64,000 nucleotides of DNA from positions 800,001 to 864,000 of the forward strand of contig CAWJCS010000006.1 of the NCBI GenBank assembly GCA_963841435.1. Reading direction: 5' to 3'. This DNA is from an uncultured delta proteobacterium. Its GTDB lineage: Bacteria > Myxococcota_A > Polyangia > Polyangiales > Polyangiaceae. The notes under the pieces are model-generated. The model worked only from the letters and a program-made list of their open reading frames with translations, had not been told where the DNA came from and ran no database searches. Below, piece by piece: positions 1 to 13,463 of this stretch. A program made the translations under genes and the position numbers. How positions within the stretch are numbered: position 1 is the first letter of the stretch; every line of letters starts with the position of its first letter.

Positions 1-774
1 TTCGACACGGCGTTCCACCACGACCTGCCGCGCGTGGCTCGGCTGTTGCCGATCCCGCGCCGCTACGAAGCGCAAGGGGTGCGGCGCTACGGTTTTCACG
101 GTCTGTCGTACGCGTTTCTGATGGCGGAGCTGGTGCGGCTCGGCGATCCCGTGGCGACCCGCGGTCGCGCCATCCTCGCGCACCTCGGCAACGGAGCGAG
201 CATGACGGCCGTGCGTGACGGCAAGAGCGTCGACACCAGCATGGGCTTCACTCCGACCAGCGGACTGGTGATGAGCACCCGCACGGGCGACCTGGATCCG
301 GGTCTCGTCTACTACCTGGCGCGCACCGAGGACATGACCGCCAAGCGATTTCAGCAGATGATCAACCACGAGTCCGGGCTAGTCGGTGTGTCGGAATCGA
401 GCTCCGACATGCGTGATCTGCTCGCACGCGAAGCCGGGGACGTACGGGCGGCGGAGGCCGTAGCGCTGTTTTGCTATCATGCGAAAAAGTGGGTCGGCTC
501 GTTCGCAGCCGCGCTCGGCGGTCTGGACACGCTGGTCTTCACCGGCGGCATTGGTGAAAATGCGCCGGCGGTGCGTGCGCGCATCTGCGAGGGACTCGGG
601 TTCCTCGGCATCGACCTCGACGAGGCGCGCAACGCGGACAACGCCGGGGTGATTTCCGCGGCATCGAGTCGAGCCACGGTTCGCGTCATCCCCACCGACG
701 AAGAGCTGATGATTGCGCGTTCGGTTGCAGAGCTATTGCATGGCGCTTCTGGCCAACCAGAGGACAGCGCATGA
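1..774 (+). CDS. ackA: Acetate kinase (5'-truncated by window edge)
   Basis: Frame is open from base 1 (FDTAFHHDLP). Motifs RRYGFHGLSY, HLGNGASM, DTSMGFTP, FTGGIGEN, PTDEELMIAR. Confidence 0.95.
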   Translation, partial: FDTAFHHDLPRVARLLPIPRRYEAQGVRRYGFHGLSYAFLMAELVRLGDPVATRGRAILAHLGNGASMTAVRDGKSVDTSMGFTPTSGLVMSTRTGDLDPGLVYYLARTEDMTAKRFQQMINHESGLVGVSESSSDMRDLLAREAGDVRAAEAVALFCYHAKKWVGSFAAALGGLDTLVFTGGIGENAPAVRARICEGLGFLGIDLDEARNADNAGVISAASSRATVRVIPTDEELMIARSVAELLHGASGQPEDSA

Positions 775-1688
775 GCATTGAAGCACCGCGTCGGCTCGAC
801 GAGCCAATCCAGCCCGACCACGGGGTCCGCAGAGCCTCGAGGGTACTTGCTCTGGCGGTGAAAAAGTTCGTGAAAATCGACGGCTCGCAGTCGGCCGCGG
901 CGTTCGCTCACAACGCATTCTTCTCGTTGTTCCCGCTGATCGTCGTGCTCGTCGCCATTGCCTCCGTCTTCGTCGATCGAGACCTGGCCGGGCGGAAGGT
1001 CGTCGCGTACGTCGAAGCCTACGTTCCGCTCGACGGTGGCATGAGGCGTCACGTCTTCGACACCATCAGCGGGGTAATCGAAGCGCGCCAGCAGGCCGGT
1101 GGTTTCGCGGCGCTGATGCTGGTTTGGACGGCCACGCAATTCTTGACGACGCTGATCAGCGCTACCAACCGAGCTTGGGGGGCCGAGGCGTACAATTGGT
1201 GGCGGCTGCCGCTGAAGAGCCTGGCCCTGTTGGCCACGCTGCTCGGCGCGGCTCTGCTCGGCGGCGGGCTGCCCATGCTGGCAACCGTTGCGAAGGACTG
1301 GCTGCTTCCGGCGCGAGAGTTCGGCCCCTGGGTCTACGCGCTGGGGCGCTTCGTCATCCCGGTGTTGGTGGCCTTTCTCAGCTTGAGCCTCTTTTACAGA
1401 ATGGCTCCGAGCCGTCCCACGCGCATGGATCAAGTATGGGTGGGGGCCCTCTGCGCGACGTTCCTGTTGCAGGTGGGCGCAACCCTGTTCCTGATTTACT
1501 TGCAGCGTTTTGCCACGCTCAACGCGGTCTATGGAGCACTGGGTGGGATCATGGCCCTGCTGTTGTGGGTCTACCTGTCCGGCTGCATCTTCATCTTCGG
1601 CGCGTGCCTGTGCGCCGCTCAGGCTGAAGCGCGTTCCATGCCGTTGGGCCGCGCCGTGGCGTTGAACCAAGGGACCATCGAGGCATGA
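771..1688 (+). CDS. YihY/virulence factor BrkB family inner-membrane protein
   Basis: [16 protein letters not shown]-terminal motif, about 6 TM segments, C-terminal [23 protein letters not shown] overlap with ackA. Confidence 0.88.
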   Translation: MSIEAPRRLDEPIQPDHGVRRASRVLALAVKKFVKIDGSQSAAAFAHNAFFSLFPLIVVLVAIASVFVDRDLAGRKVVAYVEAYVPLDGGMRRHVFDTISGVIEARQQAGGFAALMLVWTATQFLTTLISATNRAWGAEAYNWWRLPLKSLALLATLLGAALLGGGLPMLATVAKDWLLPAREFGPWVYALGRFVIPVLVAFLSLSLFYRMAPSRPTRMDQVWVGALCATFLLQVGATLFLIYLQRFATLNAVYGALGGIMALLLWVYLSGCIFIFGACLCAAQAEARSMPLGRAVALNQGTIEA

Positions 1689-4051
1689 CAAGCACCATTT
1701 CCAAGGACTTGCTCGAAAAGATGGACGCGTACTTTCGCGCCGCCAACTACCTGTCGGTCGGCCAGATCTACCTCTACGACAATCCGCTCCTGAAGCGCCC
1801 GCTGGCAGTCGCCGACGTGAAGCACATGCTGCTCGGCCACTGGGGTACCACCCCCGGACAGAACTTCATCTACGTGCACCTGAACCGTATCATCAAGCAA
1901 TACGACCTCGACATGATCTACGTCTCCGGCCCCGGACACGGCGGGCCGGCGGTCGTCGCCAACACCTACCTCGAGGGGACCTACAGCGAGATCTATCCCG
2001 ACATCAGCCAGGACGAGGCCGGTCTAAGAAAGCTCTTTCTCCAGTTCTCCTTCCCCGGCGGCATTCCGAGCCACGCCTCGCCCGAGTGTCCGGGCTCGAT
2101 CCACGAGGGCGGCGAGCTTGGCTATTCCCTGAGCCATTCGTTCGGGGCCGTGTTCGACAATCCAAAGCTCGTGGTTGCCTGCGTCGTGGGCGACGGCGAG
2201 GCGGAGACCGGGCCGCTGGCGACCGCCTGGCATTCGAACAAATTCCTCGACCCCGTCACGGACGGCGCCGTGCTGCCGATCTTGCACCTCAACGGCTACA
2301 AGATCGCCAACCCCACCATTCTCGCGCGCATCACGCGCGAGGAGCTGGCGCAGCTCCTCCGCGGCTATGGCTGGGCTCCGCTGTTCGTCGAGGGCCACGA
2401 GCCCGCCCTGATGCACGAGGCGATGGCCACGGCGCTGGATAGGGCAGTCGAGCAGATCAAGAAGATCCAGGAGGACGCCCGCGTTCACGGGAAGTTCGTG
2501 CGGCCGCGTTGGCCGATGATTGTCCTCGCCTCACCCAAGGGGTGGACGGGCCCCAAGGTCGTCGATGGTTTGCAGATTGAAGGCACTTTTCGCGCGCACC
2601 AAGTGCCGTTGTCCAACCCGGCGACTCATCCCGAGCACCTCGAGCTCTTGGAGGATTGGCTGCGGAGCTACCGGCCCGAGGAGTTGTTCGACGACGAGGG
2701 CCGTCTGCACGCCGAGCTCGCCGAGCTGGCGCCGAAAGGCGAGCGACGCATGGGCGCGAATCCGCATGCCAACGGCGGCATGCTGCTGCGCGACCTCAGA
2801 ATGCCAGACTTCCGGGAGTACGCGGCAGACGTTCCGTCGCCGGGCGTCCGCGGTATCGGCGACACGCACGTCCTCGGACCGTTCCTGCGCGACGTGGCGA
2901 AGCTCAATCAATCGCAGCGAAACTTCCGCGTCTTCGGCCCTGACGAGACGCTCTCGAACGGCCTCGAAGCCCTGTTCCAAGTCACCGAGCGCCAATGGGA
3001 CGCCGCGACGCTGCCAAATGACGAGTTTCTCGCCCCCGCGGGCCGCGTGATGGAGATGCTCAGCGAGCACCAGTGCGAGGGGTGGCTCGAGGGCTACCTG
3101 CTCACGGGGCGGCACGGCATCTTCAACTGCTACGAGGCGTTCATCCACATCGTCGACTCGATGTTCAACCAGCACGCCAAGTGGTTGAAGGTGACGGCGC
3201 ACCTGCCGTGGCGCCGCAAGATCGCGTCGTTGAACTACCTGCTCGCCTCCCACGTCTGGCGCCAAGATCACAACGGCTTCACCCACCAAGATCCCGGCTT
3301 CATCGACCACGTCGTGAACAAGAAGGCCGAGGTGGTGCGTGTCTACCTTCCTCCAGACGCGAACTGCCTGCTCTCGGTGATGGACCATTGCCTGCGCAGC
3401 CGCCACTACGTCAACGTCGTGATCGCGGGCAAGCACCCGGCCCCGCAGTGGCTCACGATGGATGCCGCCGTCAAGCACTGCACGGAAGGCATCGGCATCT
3501 GGCAGTGGGCCAGTAACGACCAGAACGTCGCGCCCGACGTGGTCATGGCCTGCGCGGGCGACGTCCCCACGCTGGAGACACTCGCGGCCGTGTCCATCCT
3601 GCGCGAGCATTTGCCCGAGCTCAGGATTCGCGTGGTCAACGTGGTCGACCTCATGCGCCTTCAGCCGCAAAGCGAGCATCCACACGGGCTCTCCGACCAG
3701 GATTTCGACGAGCTCTTCACCAAGGACAAGCCCGTCATCTTCGCCTTCCACGCCTACCCTTGGTTGATCCACCGGCTCACGTACCGCCGTACCAATCACG
3801 CCAACATTCACGTTCGCGGCTACAAGGAAGAGGGCACCATCACCACGCCGTTCGACATGCCGGTGCTGAACGAGCTCGACCGCTTCCACCTCGTGATGGA
3901 CGCCGTCGACCGCCTACCGCGGACCGGTGACCGCGGCGTCTACTTGAAGCAGCAGCTCAAGGACAAGCTCATGGAGCACAAGCTCTACATCGACGAGCAC
4001 GGCCAAGACCTGCCTGAGGTCCGGAATTGGAAGTGGGAGGCTTCAAGATGA
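1685..4051 (+). CDS. xfp: Phosphoketolase (xylulose-5-P/fructose-6-P)
   Basis: 788 aa. [28 protein letters not shown]-binding [34 protein letters not shown]. Confidence 0.96.
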   Translation: MTSTISKDLLEKMDAYFRAANYLSVGQIYLYDNPLLKRPLAVADVKHMLLGHWGTTPGQNFIYVHLNRIIKQYDLDMIYVSGPGHGGPAVVANTYLEGTYSEIYPDISQDEAGLRKLFLQFSFPGGIPSHASPECPGSIHEGGELGYSLSHSFGAVFDNPKLVVACVVGDGEAETGPLATAWHSNKFLDPVTDGAVLPILHLNGYKIANPTILARITREELAQLLRGYGWAPLFVEGHEPALMHEAMATALDRAVEQIKKIQEDARVHGKFVRPRWPMIVLASPKGWTGPKVVDGLQIEGTFRAHQVPLSNPATHPEHLELLEDWLRSYRPEELFDDEGRLHAELAELAPKGERRMGANPHANGGMLLRDLRMPDFREYAADVPSPGVRGIGDTHVLGPFLRDVAKLNQSQRNFRVFGPDETLSNGLEALFQVTERQWDAATLPNDEFLAPAGRVMEMLSEHQCEGWLEGYLLTGRHGIFNCYEAFIHIVDSMFNQHAKWLKVTAHLPWRRKIASLNYLLASHVWRQDHNGFTHQDPGFIDHVVNKKAEVVRVYLPPDANCLLSVMDHCLRSRHYVNVVIAGKHPAPQWLTMDAAVKHCTEGIGIWQWASNDQNVAPDVVMACAGDVPTLETLAAVSILREHLPELRIRVVNVVDLMRLQPQSEHPHGLSDQDFDELFTKDKPVIFAFHAYPWLIHRLTYRRTNHANIHVRGYKEEGTITTPFDMPVLNELDRFHLVMDAVDRLPRTGDRGVYLKQQLKDKLMEHKLYIDEHGQDLPEVRNWKWEASR

Positions 4052-6042
<1,991 letters not shown>

Positions 6043-6050
<8 letters not shown>

Positions 6051-6381
6051 AGATTCCGGCCAGGAACCCACGACCGGTGGGCAGGGCTTCGCCGAACAGG
6101 TCGGCGCGAAGGCCGCGCGCAAGCTCAACGCGAGGCGCCATCCCGCGCCAGGTGTCTGGTTCGGCCTGGGCATGATGGGTCTCGTGGGCTGGTCGGTAGC
6201 GGTGCCGACGCTGCTCGGGGCCGCACTCGGCTTTTGGTTGGACGAGCGGCATCCTGGGAAGCACGCGTGGACGCTCGCGCTGCTCGTGGTCGGGCTCGCG
6301 ATCGGTTGTTTGAATGCATGGCGCTGGGTGAGCAAGGAAGACCGCGCCATGCGCCAAGAAGAGGAAGATGGCGATGAATGA
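6043..6381 (+). CDS. atpQ: N-ATPase AtpQ (AtpZ/AtpI-like) subunit
   Basis: WFGLGMMGLVGWSVAVPTLLG...GCLNAWRWV, two TM segments, operon position. Confidence 0.85.
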
Positions 6382-6697
6382 AATGCTGACACTGACGCTT
6401 TCGTGGCTGGCCGGCGGCGCGCTCGGCGCAGGCTTCTTCGGCGGTCTTTGGTGGACCGTTCAGAGGAGCGTTCGGTCCAGACGGCCGGAGCTCTGGGTTC
6501 TCGGCAGTCTGCTGGGGCGGATGAGCCTCATGCTGGTCGGATTGTATTTCGTATCGGGCCGCGACTGGAGGCGGCTCCTCTCGTGTCTCTTGGGAGTGCT
6601 GATGGCCCGCGTCGTCGTCACTTGGGTGACGCGTAGAGGCAGCGAGAGCCGCGCCCCAGAGCTCCCGGAGGCCGGTCATGCGCCTTACTCCCGATGA
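6368..6697 (+). CDS. atpR: N-ATPase AtpR subunit
   Basis: FFGGLWWTV motif, three hydrophobic segments containing intramembrane Arg (SLLGRM, LMARVV). Lies between atpQ and atpB. Confidence 0.85.
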   Translation: MAMNEMLTLTLSWLAGGALGAGFFGGLWWTVQRSVRSRRPELWVLGSLLGRMSLMLVGLYFVSGRDWRRLLSCLLGVLMARVVVTWVTRRGSESRAPELPEAGHAPYSR

Positions 6698-7367
6698 GCT
6701 CGTCTTCTGGCAACACGGGTTCATCAAGCTCAACGCGACGATCGTGTTCACGTGGGGGCTGATGCTCGTATTGACCGTCGGCTCCAAGCTCGTCACGCGA
6801 AAGCTCTCCGTCGATCTCGAGCGTTCCCGCTGGCAGAACTTCTTGGAGATCGTCGTCACCGGCATCGAGAAGCAGATCGCAGACGTCGGCCTTCCCAACC
6901 CGGAGAAGTACATCGGCTATTTGGGCACGCTCTTCCTGTTCGTCGCCACGGCGAGCATCTTCACCGTGATTCCGGGCTACGAGCCGCCGACCGCCTCGCT
7001 GTCGACCACGCTCGCGCTCGCGCTGTCCGTGTTCGTGGCCGTGCCGCTTTTCGGCATCGAGGATCAGGGTTTCGTCGGCTATTTCAAGTCCTACGCGGAG
7101 CCGACCGTGATCATGTTGCCGTTCAACGTCATCAGCGAGCTTTCACGCACGCTGGCGCTGGCCGTCCGCCTGTTCGGAAACATGATGAGTGGGGCCATGA
7201 TCATCGGCATCCTCCTCACCATCACGCCGTTCGTCTTTCCCATCGTCATGACGGCGCTTGGTCTTTTGACGGGCATGGTTCAGGCCTACATCTTCAGCAT
7301 CCTGGCGGCGGTCTACATCGCCGCCGCCCTGCGCAGTCGCAAGCCCACGCCGGCTCCGACGACCTGA
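6678..7367 (+). CDS. atpB: N-type ATPase Fo subunit a
   Basis: SRTLALAVRLFGNMMSG (essential Arg), QAYIFSILAAVYI. Confidence 0.95.
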   Translation: MRLTPDELVFWQHGFIKLNATIVFTWGLMLVLTVGSKLVTRKLSVDLERSRWQNFLEIVVTGIEKQIADVGLPNPEKYIGYLGTLFLFVATASIFTVIPGYEPPTASLSTTLALALSVFVAVPLFGIEDQGFVGYFKSYAEPTVIMLPFNVISELSRTLALAVRLFGNMMSGAMIIGILLTITPFVFPIVMTALGLLTGMVQAYIFSILAAVYIAAALRSRKPTPAPTT

Positions 7368-7397
7368 GATGACAATGAACCCAGCGAAGGACCCACC

Positions 7398-7679
7398 ATG
7401 GACAGCATGACAATGATAGCAGTCGCATCGATCTTCACCGCAGGCCTCACGATCGCCGTTGGCTGCATGATGCCCGCGTTCGGTGAAGGGCGCTCCGTCG
7501 CGACGGCGCTCAGCGCGCTGGCGCAGCAGCCGGACGCCTCCGCGACCATCACTCGCACTCTGTTCGTCGGTCTGGCGATGATCGAGTCGATGGCCATCTA
7601 CTGCTTCGTCGTCTCGATGATTCTCATTTTCGCCAATCCGTTCTGGAATCACGTCATCGCTCAAGCCGCGGGGAAGTAA
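7398..7679 (+). CDS. atpE: N-type ATPase Fo subunit c
   Basis: Hairpin with PAFGEG, AQQPD loop, LAMIESMAIYC, FANPFW. Confidence 0.95.
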   Translation: MDSMTMIAVASIFTAGLTIAVGCMMPAFGEGRSVATALSALAQQPDASATITRTLFVGLAMIESMAIYCFVVSMILIFANPFWNHVIAQAAGK

Positions 7680-7680
7680 C

Positions 7681-8529
7681 GTGCTCATCGATTGGTTCAC
7701 GGTCGGCGCGCAGGCGCTCAACTTCGTCATCTTGGTGTGGCTGCTCCGGCGCTTCCTGTACAAGCCAATCGTCCTCGCCATCGACGCGCGAGAGAAGCGG
7801 ATCGCCCAGGAGCTCGCGGACGCCGGTGCGAAGCAGGCCGATGCAAAAAAGGAGCGCGAGGAGTTCCAGCACAAGAACGAGGAGCTCGACCGGCAGCGCG
7901 CAGAGCTCCTGAGCCGGGCGAAGGACGAGGCCAACGTCGAACGTCACCGGCTGATCGACGAAGCGCGCCAAGCGGCTGACGCCTTGAGCAAGAAGCGAAA
8001 GGAAGCGCTGAAGAACGACGCCCGGAACCTGAACCAAACCATCGGTCGCCGCGCCCAAGAGGAAGTGTTCGCCATCGCGCGAAAGGCGCTGACCGACCTC
8101 GCCACGACGAGCTTGGAGGAACGCATGGGCGAGGTGTTCACCCGCCGCCTGCGGAGCATGGACGACCCGGCGAAGGCGCGCCTCGCCCAGGCCCTCGACG
8201 CGGGGACCGAGCCGGCACTCGTGCGCAGTGCCTTCGACCTGCCCGCGGAGCAGCGCGCCGCGATACAGAAAGCTCTCAATGAAACCCTCTCTATGGCAGC
8301 CCGCATTCGGTTCGACACCGCTCCTGAGCTCATCAGTGGCATCGAGCTCGCGGCCAATGGGCAGAAGGTCGCTTGGTCCGTCGCGGACTACCTCGTGTCG
8401 CTCGAGAAGGGTGTCGCCGAGCTGCTCAATGAGCAGGACCGACCTGAGCCCAAGGCCGACCCCAAACCCGAAGCCAAGGCCGAGCCCAAACCCGACGCCA
8501 AGGCGGAGCCCGCCTCCAAGAGCCCATGA
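7681..8529 (+). CDS. atpF: N-type ATPase subunit b with delta-like C-terminal extension
   Basis: [27 protein letters not shown], coiled coil, C-terminal PELISGIEL...WSVADYL. No separate atpH in the operon. Confidence 0.92.
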   Translation: MLIDWFTVGAQALNFVILVWLLRRFLYKPIVLAIDAREKRIAQELADAGAKQADAKKEREEFQHKNEELDRQRAELLSRAKDEANVERHRLIDEARQAADALSKKRKEALKNDARNLNQTIGRRAQEEVFAIARKALTDLATTSLEERMGEVFTRRLRSMDDPAKARLAQALDAGTEPALVRSAFDLPAEQRAAIQKALNETLSMAARIRFDTAPELISGIELAANGQKVAWSVADYLVSLEKGVAELLNEQDRPEPKADPKPEAKAEPKPDAKAEPASKSP

Positions 8530-10112
8530 GCGCGACGCCGGAAAGCCTGCAGCAAGTGCTGGATGGCGCATTCGCGACCATCGGCCGGGCGCGCGAAGGC
8601 TTCACGCCCGAGCTTACGCCACGTGAAGTGGGCACCATCGCGACGATCTCGACCGGCATCGCAAGAATTTCCGGCCTGCCCAATGTCGGCTTCGAAGAGC
8701 TAGTCGCGTTTGCCGGCGACGTTTTCGGCATCGCGTTCAACGTGGACGAGGACGAAGTCGGCGTCGTGCTGCTCGGTGCATACTGGCATTTGAACGCGGG
8801 GGACGAAGTAGAGCGCACCGGCCGGGTCATGGACGTGGCCGTCGGCGACGAGCTCTTGGGACGCGTCGTCGATCCGCTGGGGCGGCCGCTCGATGGCAGG
8901 GGGCCACTCGTGACGAGCAAGCGGTTGCCGATCGAGCGCCCTGCCGCGCCGATCATGGACCGTGCGCCGGTCACGGTGCCGCTCCAAACCGGCGTGAAAG
9001 TGCTCGATGCGCTCATTCCCATCGGGCGCGGGCAGCGCGAGTTGATCCTAGGCGACCGACAGACGGGCAAGACTGCCATCGCGCTCGACACCATTTTGAA
9101 CCAGCGAGGGCAGGACGTCGTGTGCGTCTATTGCGCCATCGGCCAGCGCGCTGCCGCCGTCGCAAAGGCCGTGGCCGCCCTACGGGAGAAGGGCGCCATG
9201 GACTACAGTGTCGTGGTCGTGACCGAGGGCAACGACCCGCCCGGTCTCGCCTACATTGCCCCCTACGCCGCGACCAGCATGGCGGAGCACTTCATGGAGG
9301 CGGGCCGCGACGTGCTGATCGTTTACGACGACCTCACGCAGCACGCTCGCGCCTACCGCGAGCTTTCGCTCTTGCTCCGCCGACCGCCTGGGCGGGAGGC
9401 GTTCCCGGGTGACATCTTCTACATCCACTCGCGCCTGCTCGAGCGTGCCACTCACCTCCGCCCCGAGCTTGGCAACGGCTCGCTCACCGCGCTGCCCATC
9501 ATCGAGACCGAGGCGCAGAACATCTCTGCGTACATTCCTACCAACCTGATTTCCATCACGGACGGGCAAATCTACCTCTCGCCGTCGCTTTTCGAGCTCG
9601 GGGTGCTGCCGGCGGTCAACGTGGGCAAGTCGGTGTCGCGTGTCGGCGGCAAAGCCCAACGGGCGGCCTATCGAGCGGTAGCGGGGGACCTCAAGCTTGC
9701 CTACGCGCAGTTCGAAGAGCTCGAGACCTTTGCGCGGTTCGGTGCCCGTCTGGATGAACGAACCCGCAAGAGTATCGAGCATGGGCGGCGCATCCGCGCC
9801 TGCTTGAAGCAGCCGGAATCCTCCCCAGTGTCCGTGCCGGCACAGATTGCCGTCCTCTTGGCGTTGAGCGCTGGACTTTTCGACACAGTACCGATCGAGC
9901 AAATGACGCAGGCCGAGCAGGCCGTGCACGAAGCGGCGACGAACCTGCCTGCGGAAGTGCGCGCGCGGTTCGAAACCGCGAAGGAGCTGAACGACGAGGA
10001 CCGCAAGACGATTGTCAACCTCGCCCGCCAAGCGCTCGCGCGCTTCCAGCCCAAGCCCGAAGCAGAAGCCAAGCCCGAAGCAGAAGCCAAGCCGCGGGAA
10101 GAGAAGTCATGA
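8526..10112 (+). CDS. atpA: N-type ATPase alpha subunit
   Basis: [46 protein letters not shown]. Confidence 0.96.
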   Translation: MSATPESLQQVLDGAFATIGRAREGFTPELTPREVGTIATISTGIARISGLPNVGFEELVAFAGDVFGIAFNVDEDEVGVVLLGAYWHLNAGDEVERTGRVMDVAVGDELLGRVVDPLGRPLDGRGPLVTSKRLPIERPAAPIMDRAPVTVPLQTGVKVLDALIPIGRGQRELILGDRQTGKTAIALDTILNQRGQDVVCVYCAIGQRAAAVAKAVAALREKGAMDYSVVVVTEGNDPPGLAYIAPYAATSMAEHFMEAGRDVLIVYDDLTQHARAYRELSLLLRRPPGREAFPGDIFYIHSRLLERATHLRPELGNGSLTALPIIETEAQNISAYIPTNLISITDGQIYLSPSLFELGVLPAVNVGKSVSRVGGKAQRAAYRAVAGDLKLAYAQFEELETFARFGARLDERTRKSIEHGRRIRACLKQPESSPVSVPAQIAVLLALSAGLFDTVPIEQMTQAEQAVHEAATNLPAEVRARFETAKELNDEDRKTIVNLARQALARFQPKPEAEAKPEAEAKPREEKS

Positions 10113-11015
10113 GCGACACCACGGCGAGCTTGCGCCGGAAGATCACGAGTGCCGGGGACCTTCAGTCCGTGGTCCGTACGATGAAGACCCTGGCCGCTTC
10201 GAGCATTGGGCAATACGAAAAATCAGTCGCCGCGCTCGCGGACTACTATCGGACGGTCGAGCTGGGGCTTGGAGCCTGCTTTCGCGACATCGAGTCTGTC
10301 GCGCCGCAGTCGGACCCAACAGAGCGAAGCCGCGGCCGTACGATCGGTGCCGTCGTCTTCGGTTCCGATCAGGGCCTGGTCGGTCAGTTCAACGAGGTGG
10401 TGACGGAGCTCGCGATCAAGACGCTAGAATGCATGCCCGGCGAGCATCGAGTCTGGGCCGTCGGTGAGAGAGTTCAAGCGCGCCTTTCGGACGCGGGTCT
10501 AACCCCGATGAAGCTTTTCGCCGTTCCGAATTCCGTCAAAGGCATCACTCCGCTCGTCGGGCAGATTCTCCTGGAGAGCGAGACGCGGACCGGCGCACGC
10601 GAGGTGACGGAGCTTCATCTCTTTTACAACCGCCCGAACGCCGGAGCCGCCTATGTGCCCGTGGAAAAGCGGTTGCTCCCGCTGGACGACGACTGGCGCC
10701 GGAAGATTTTCGAACGACCCTGGCCGACCGCAGCCTTGCCCGAGGTGATCGGTGGCACCGGGACGCTGCGCGCGCTCGTCCGCGAGTATCTATTCATCTC
10801 GCTCTTCCGCGCCTGCGCCGAATCCCTCGCGAGCGAGAACGCCAGCCGCCTCGCGGCGATGGAGCGGGCCGACAAGAACATCGACGAGTTGCTCGAGACG
10901 CTCACCGGGACCTTTCATCGTTTGCGTCAGACCGGCATCGACGAAGAACTGTTCGAACGTCATCTCTGGCTTCGAGGCCCTGTCCAAAAAGAGGGTGCCT
11001 CGCAGCGCGGGGTGA
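10109..11015 (+). CDS. atpG: N-type ATPase gamma subunit (apparent +1 frameshift near 10956)
   Basis: [40 protein letters not shown]. Removing one A from gttcgaacgtc restores [12 protein letters not shown] and a stop at 11013-11015. As written the ORF runs to 11044. Confidence 0.9.
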
Positions 11016-11040
11016 CCCTGCAAGATCGGACCCCAAGAAC

Positions 11041-11910
11041 ATGAAACTCGACATCGATGACTTTCGGGTCGCTGCCGGCAAAAAGGTCAATCTCGACAAG
11101 TGGCCGACGCGGGTGGACCCCGTCTACGATTCGAAGGAGGAGTACAAAAAGTGCCTGCAAAAACAGGTGGAGGAGCTGAGCGCGCTGCAGCGGCTTCATT
11201 ACGCGTCCAATCGCTACGCGGTGCTCTTGATCTTTCAGGCGATGGACGCCGCCGGGAAAGACGGTGCCATCCGCCACGTGATGTCTGGCGTCAACCCGCA
11301 GGGTTGCCAAGTATTCAGCTTCAAACATCCGAGCGCCACGGAGCTCGACCACGACTTTCTGTGGCGCACCACTCGCTCGCTGCCGGAACGTGGCCGGATC
11401 GGGATCTTCAACCGGTCCTACTACGAGGAAGTGCTGATCGTGCGGGTGCATCCCGAGATCCTGCGCACCCAGAGGCTGCCGGACGAGCTCTTGGACGAGA
11501 AAACGGTGTGGCGGGGGCGCTACCGCTCGATCGTGCAGCTCGAAAAGCATCTGCGCCGGAACGGAACGCGCATCGTCAAGTTCTTCCTTCACCTCTCCGA
11601 GGAGGAACAGCGCAAGCGGTTCCTTTCCCGCATCGACGAGCCGGAGAAAAACTGGAAGTTCACCCTTGCCGACATCAAAGAGCGAGCGTTTTGGAAGGAC
11701 TACATGAAGGCCTACGAAGCCTGCCTGAGCAGCACGAGCACCAAGCATGCACCCTGGTACGTGGTGCCCGCGGACGACAAGGAGAACGCGCGCCTGATCG
11801 TCTCCGAGATTGTCGTCGAGCTATTCAAGGGGCTGAAAATGGCGTATCCGAAGCTTGCCGAGCAACGGGTGCGGGAGCTTCAGGAGATACGTCAGGGGCT
11901 CGCGAAATGA
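11041..11910 (+). CDS. ppk2: Polyphosphate kinase 2 family protein (likely class III)
   Basis: [53 protein letters not shown]. Confidence 0.92.
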   Translation: MKLDIDDFRVAAGKKVNLDKWPTRVDPVYDSKEEYKKCLQKQVEELSALQRLHYASNRYAVLLIFQAMDAAGKDGAIRHVMSGVNPQGCQVFSFKHPSATELDHDFLWRTTRSLPERGRIGIFNRSYYEEVLIVRVHPEILRTQRLPDELLDEKTVWRGRYRSIVQLEKHLRRNGTRIVKFFLHLSEEEQRKRFLSRIDEPEKNWKFTLADIKERAFWKDYMKAYEACLSSTSTKHAPWYVVPADDKENARLIVSEIVVELFKGLKMAYPKLAEQRVRELQEIRQGLAK

Positions 11911-11955
11911 CTGCGCATGGCTCGAGCCAGCGCCGCGTGGTCGCTTACGAGGTGC

Positions 11956-11971
11956 TGGCTCGAGTCTTGCA
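11956..11971 (+). promoter_or_regulatory. Putative sigma-54 promoter of the HPF-like gene
   Basis: TGGCTCG-AGTC-TTGCA (GG-N10-GC), about 55 bp upstream of the GTG at 12026. Confidence 0.65.
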
Positions 11972-12025
11972 ATGGAAGCGGGGGAGACCCATCGGTCGAA
12001 TCGCAACAAAAGGAAGGAACCGGTT

Positions 12026-12349
12026 GTGCACATTCAAGTCAATACCGACCACAATATCGAGGGGCACGAGCGGCTCACCGCGCACGTGAAGGGGGTGATC
12101 GAGGATTGTCTCGGCAATGCCAGCGAGCGGGTCACCCGTGTGGAGGTCCACCTCAGCGATCAGAACGCCGAGAAGCGGGGCACAAACGACAAGCGCTGCA
12201 TGATGGAAGCTCGCCTCGAGCATCACCAGCCCATCGCGGTCACGGACGAGGCCGCAACCTTGGACGAGGCCGTTCAGGGCGCCGCTGAGAAGTTGAAGAG
12301 AGCTGTCCATCACCTCCTGGCGAAGCTTCATGATGGCGATCGAGCTTGA
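12026..12349 (+). CDS. HPF/RaiA family ribosome-associated protein
   Basis: HIQVNTDHNIEG...VTRVEVHLSDQN...DKRCMMEAR...GAAEKLKR. AAGGAAGG RBS before the GTG. Confidence 0.85.
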   Translation: MHIQVNTDHNIEGHERLTAHVKGVIEDCLGNASERVTRVEVHLSDQNAEKRGTNDKRCMMEARLEHHQPIAVTDEAATLDEAVQGAAEKLKRAVHHLLAKLHDGDRA

Positions 12350-12371
12350 TCCAATATGAAATGAGGGGCGA

Positions 12372-13273
12372 CTAGCCGGCTGTTTCCCACCCAATCGTGG
12401 GGCTCGAGGGACCGGAACACCAGGGCGCAGTCGCGCCCGTGGGACGTTCGGAGCCTCCAGGTAGCGGAGCAGCGACGCCGCCAGAGCCTGGGGCCGTTCC
12501 CAGTGCAAGAAGTGCCCGGCTCCCGGAAAGCGCTCGAGCGTGCAGTTTTCCAGCATCGAGCAGAGTGCCTCACCCTGTCGGATCGGGATGATGCGATCGT
12601 TCTCGCCCCAAAAGAGCGCGATCGCCGGCAGAGCACGGATCTCCCGCGCTCGGTCCAGCACGTTCCGCGTCTGGCCGCGCCAGTCGATGACGTCGCGCAC
12701 GGTTCGCGCGAAGGCTCGAGCCGAGCCCGGCGCGGCATTCATACGGCTCAACAGTCGCCGTTGATCGGCGGGGAGCGAGCGACCGTTCAAGAAGGTCTGG
12801 AGCCAGGTGACCGCGCGCATCCACGGTTGGCCGGCATGTTCCACCACGAACGGGAGCGCCGCCAGGCGAAGCTCGATCGCCACATCCTTACCAAGGCCGC
12901 CCGGCGCGATGAGCGCCAGCCGGCGGATCGCGTCGGGGCGATACAATAGAAGCCACAAGGCCAACCCACCGCCATACGAATGCGCCACAACGTCGCATGT
13001 CGTCACGCCGATGTGGTCGAGCCAGGCCGCGACCAGCCTGGCCTGCCAGTCGAGGCGGTAGCTCGCGTCCGGGCGTGCCGACAGTCCGCACCCGGGCAGG
13101 TCGAGCCCGAGGACGCGATGTCTCCGCCCGAGCTGAGCCATGACCGGCCACCAGGTGCGCTCCGAGTCGGCGAGGCCGTGCAGCACGACGACGGTGCTGC
13201 CCGCCCCTCGCTCCGACCAATGGAGCTCGACGCCTGCGACGGAATGGCGAAAGGAGCTGGGTTGGCTCGACAT
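12372..13273 (-). CDS. Alpha/beta fold hydrolase (3' end uncertain)
   Basis: VLHGLADS, DLPGCGLS, nucleophile AHSYGG, WGENDRII, GAGHFLHWE. As written the frame runs on to 11945, antisense across the HPF gene. A single indel would give a stop at 12372 or 12328. Confidence 0.8.
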
Positions 13274-13463
13274 CAGCTGGCGGGGGCCTTCCGCAAGGAT
13301 CGTTCCAATCGAGGCGCCCGCAGGTCCTCTGCCCTGGCCGGCGTGCGTGAGCGCGGCGCGGCTCGCATCGGCGCGCACGATGCGAGCGCACGTCCTGCAC
13401 GCCGGCCCGACCAGGCGCATCCGATGCGCGGCACGACCCCTCGGACCAGGTGCGCGGGGTAGC

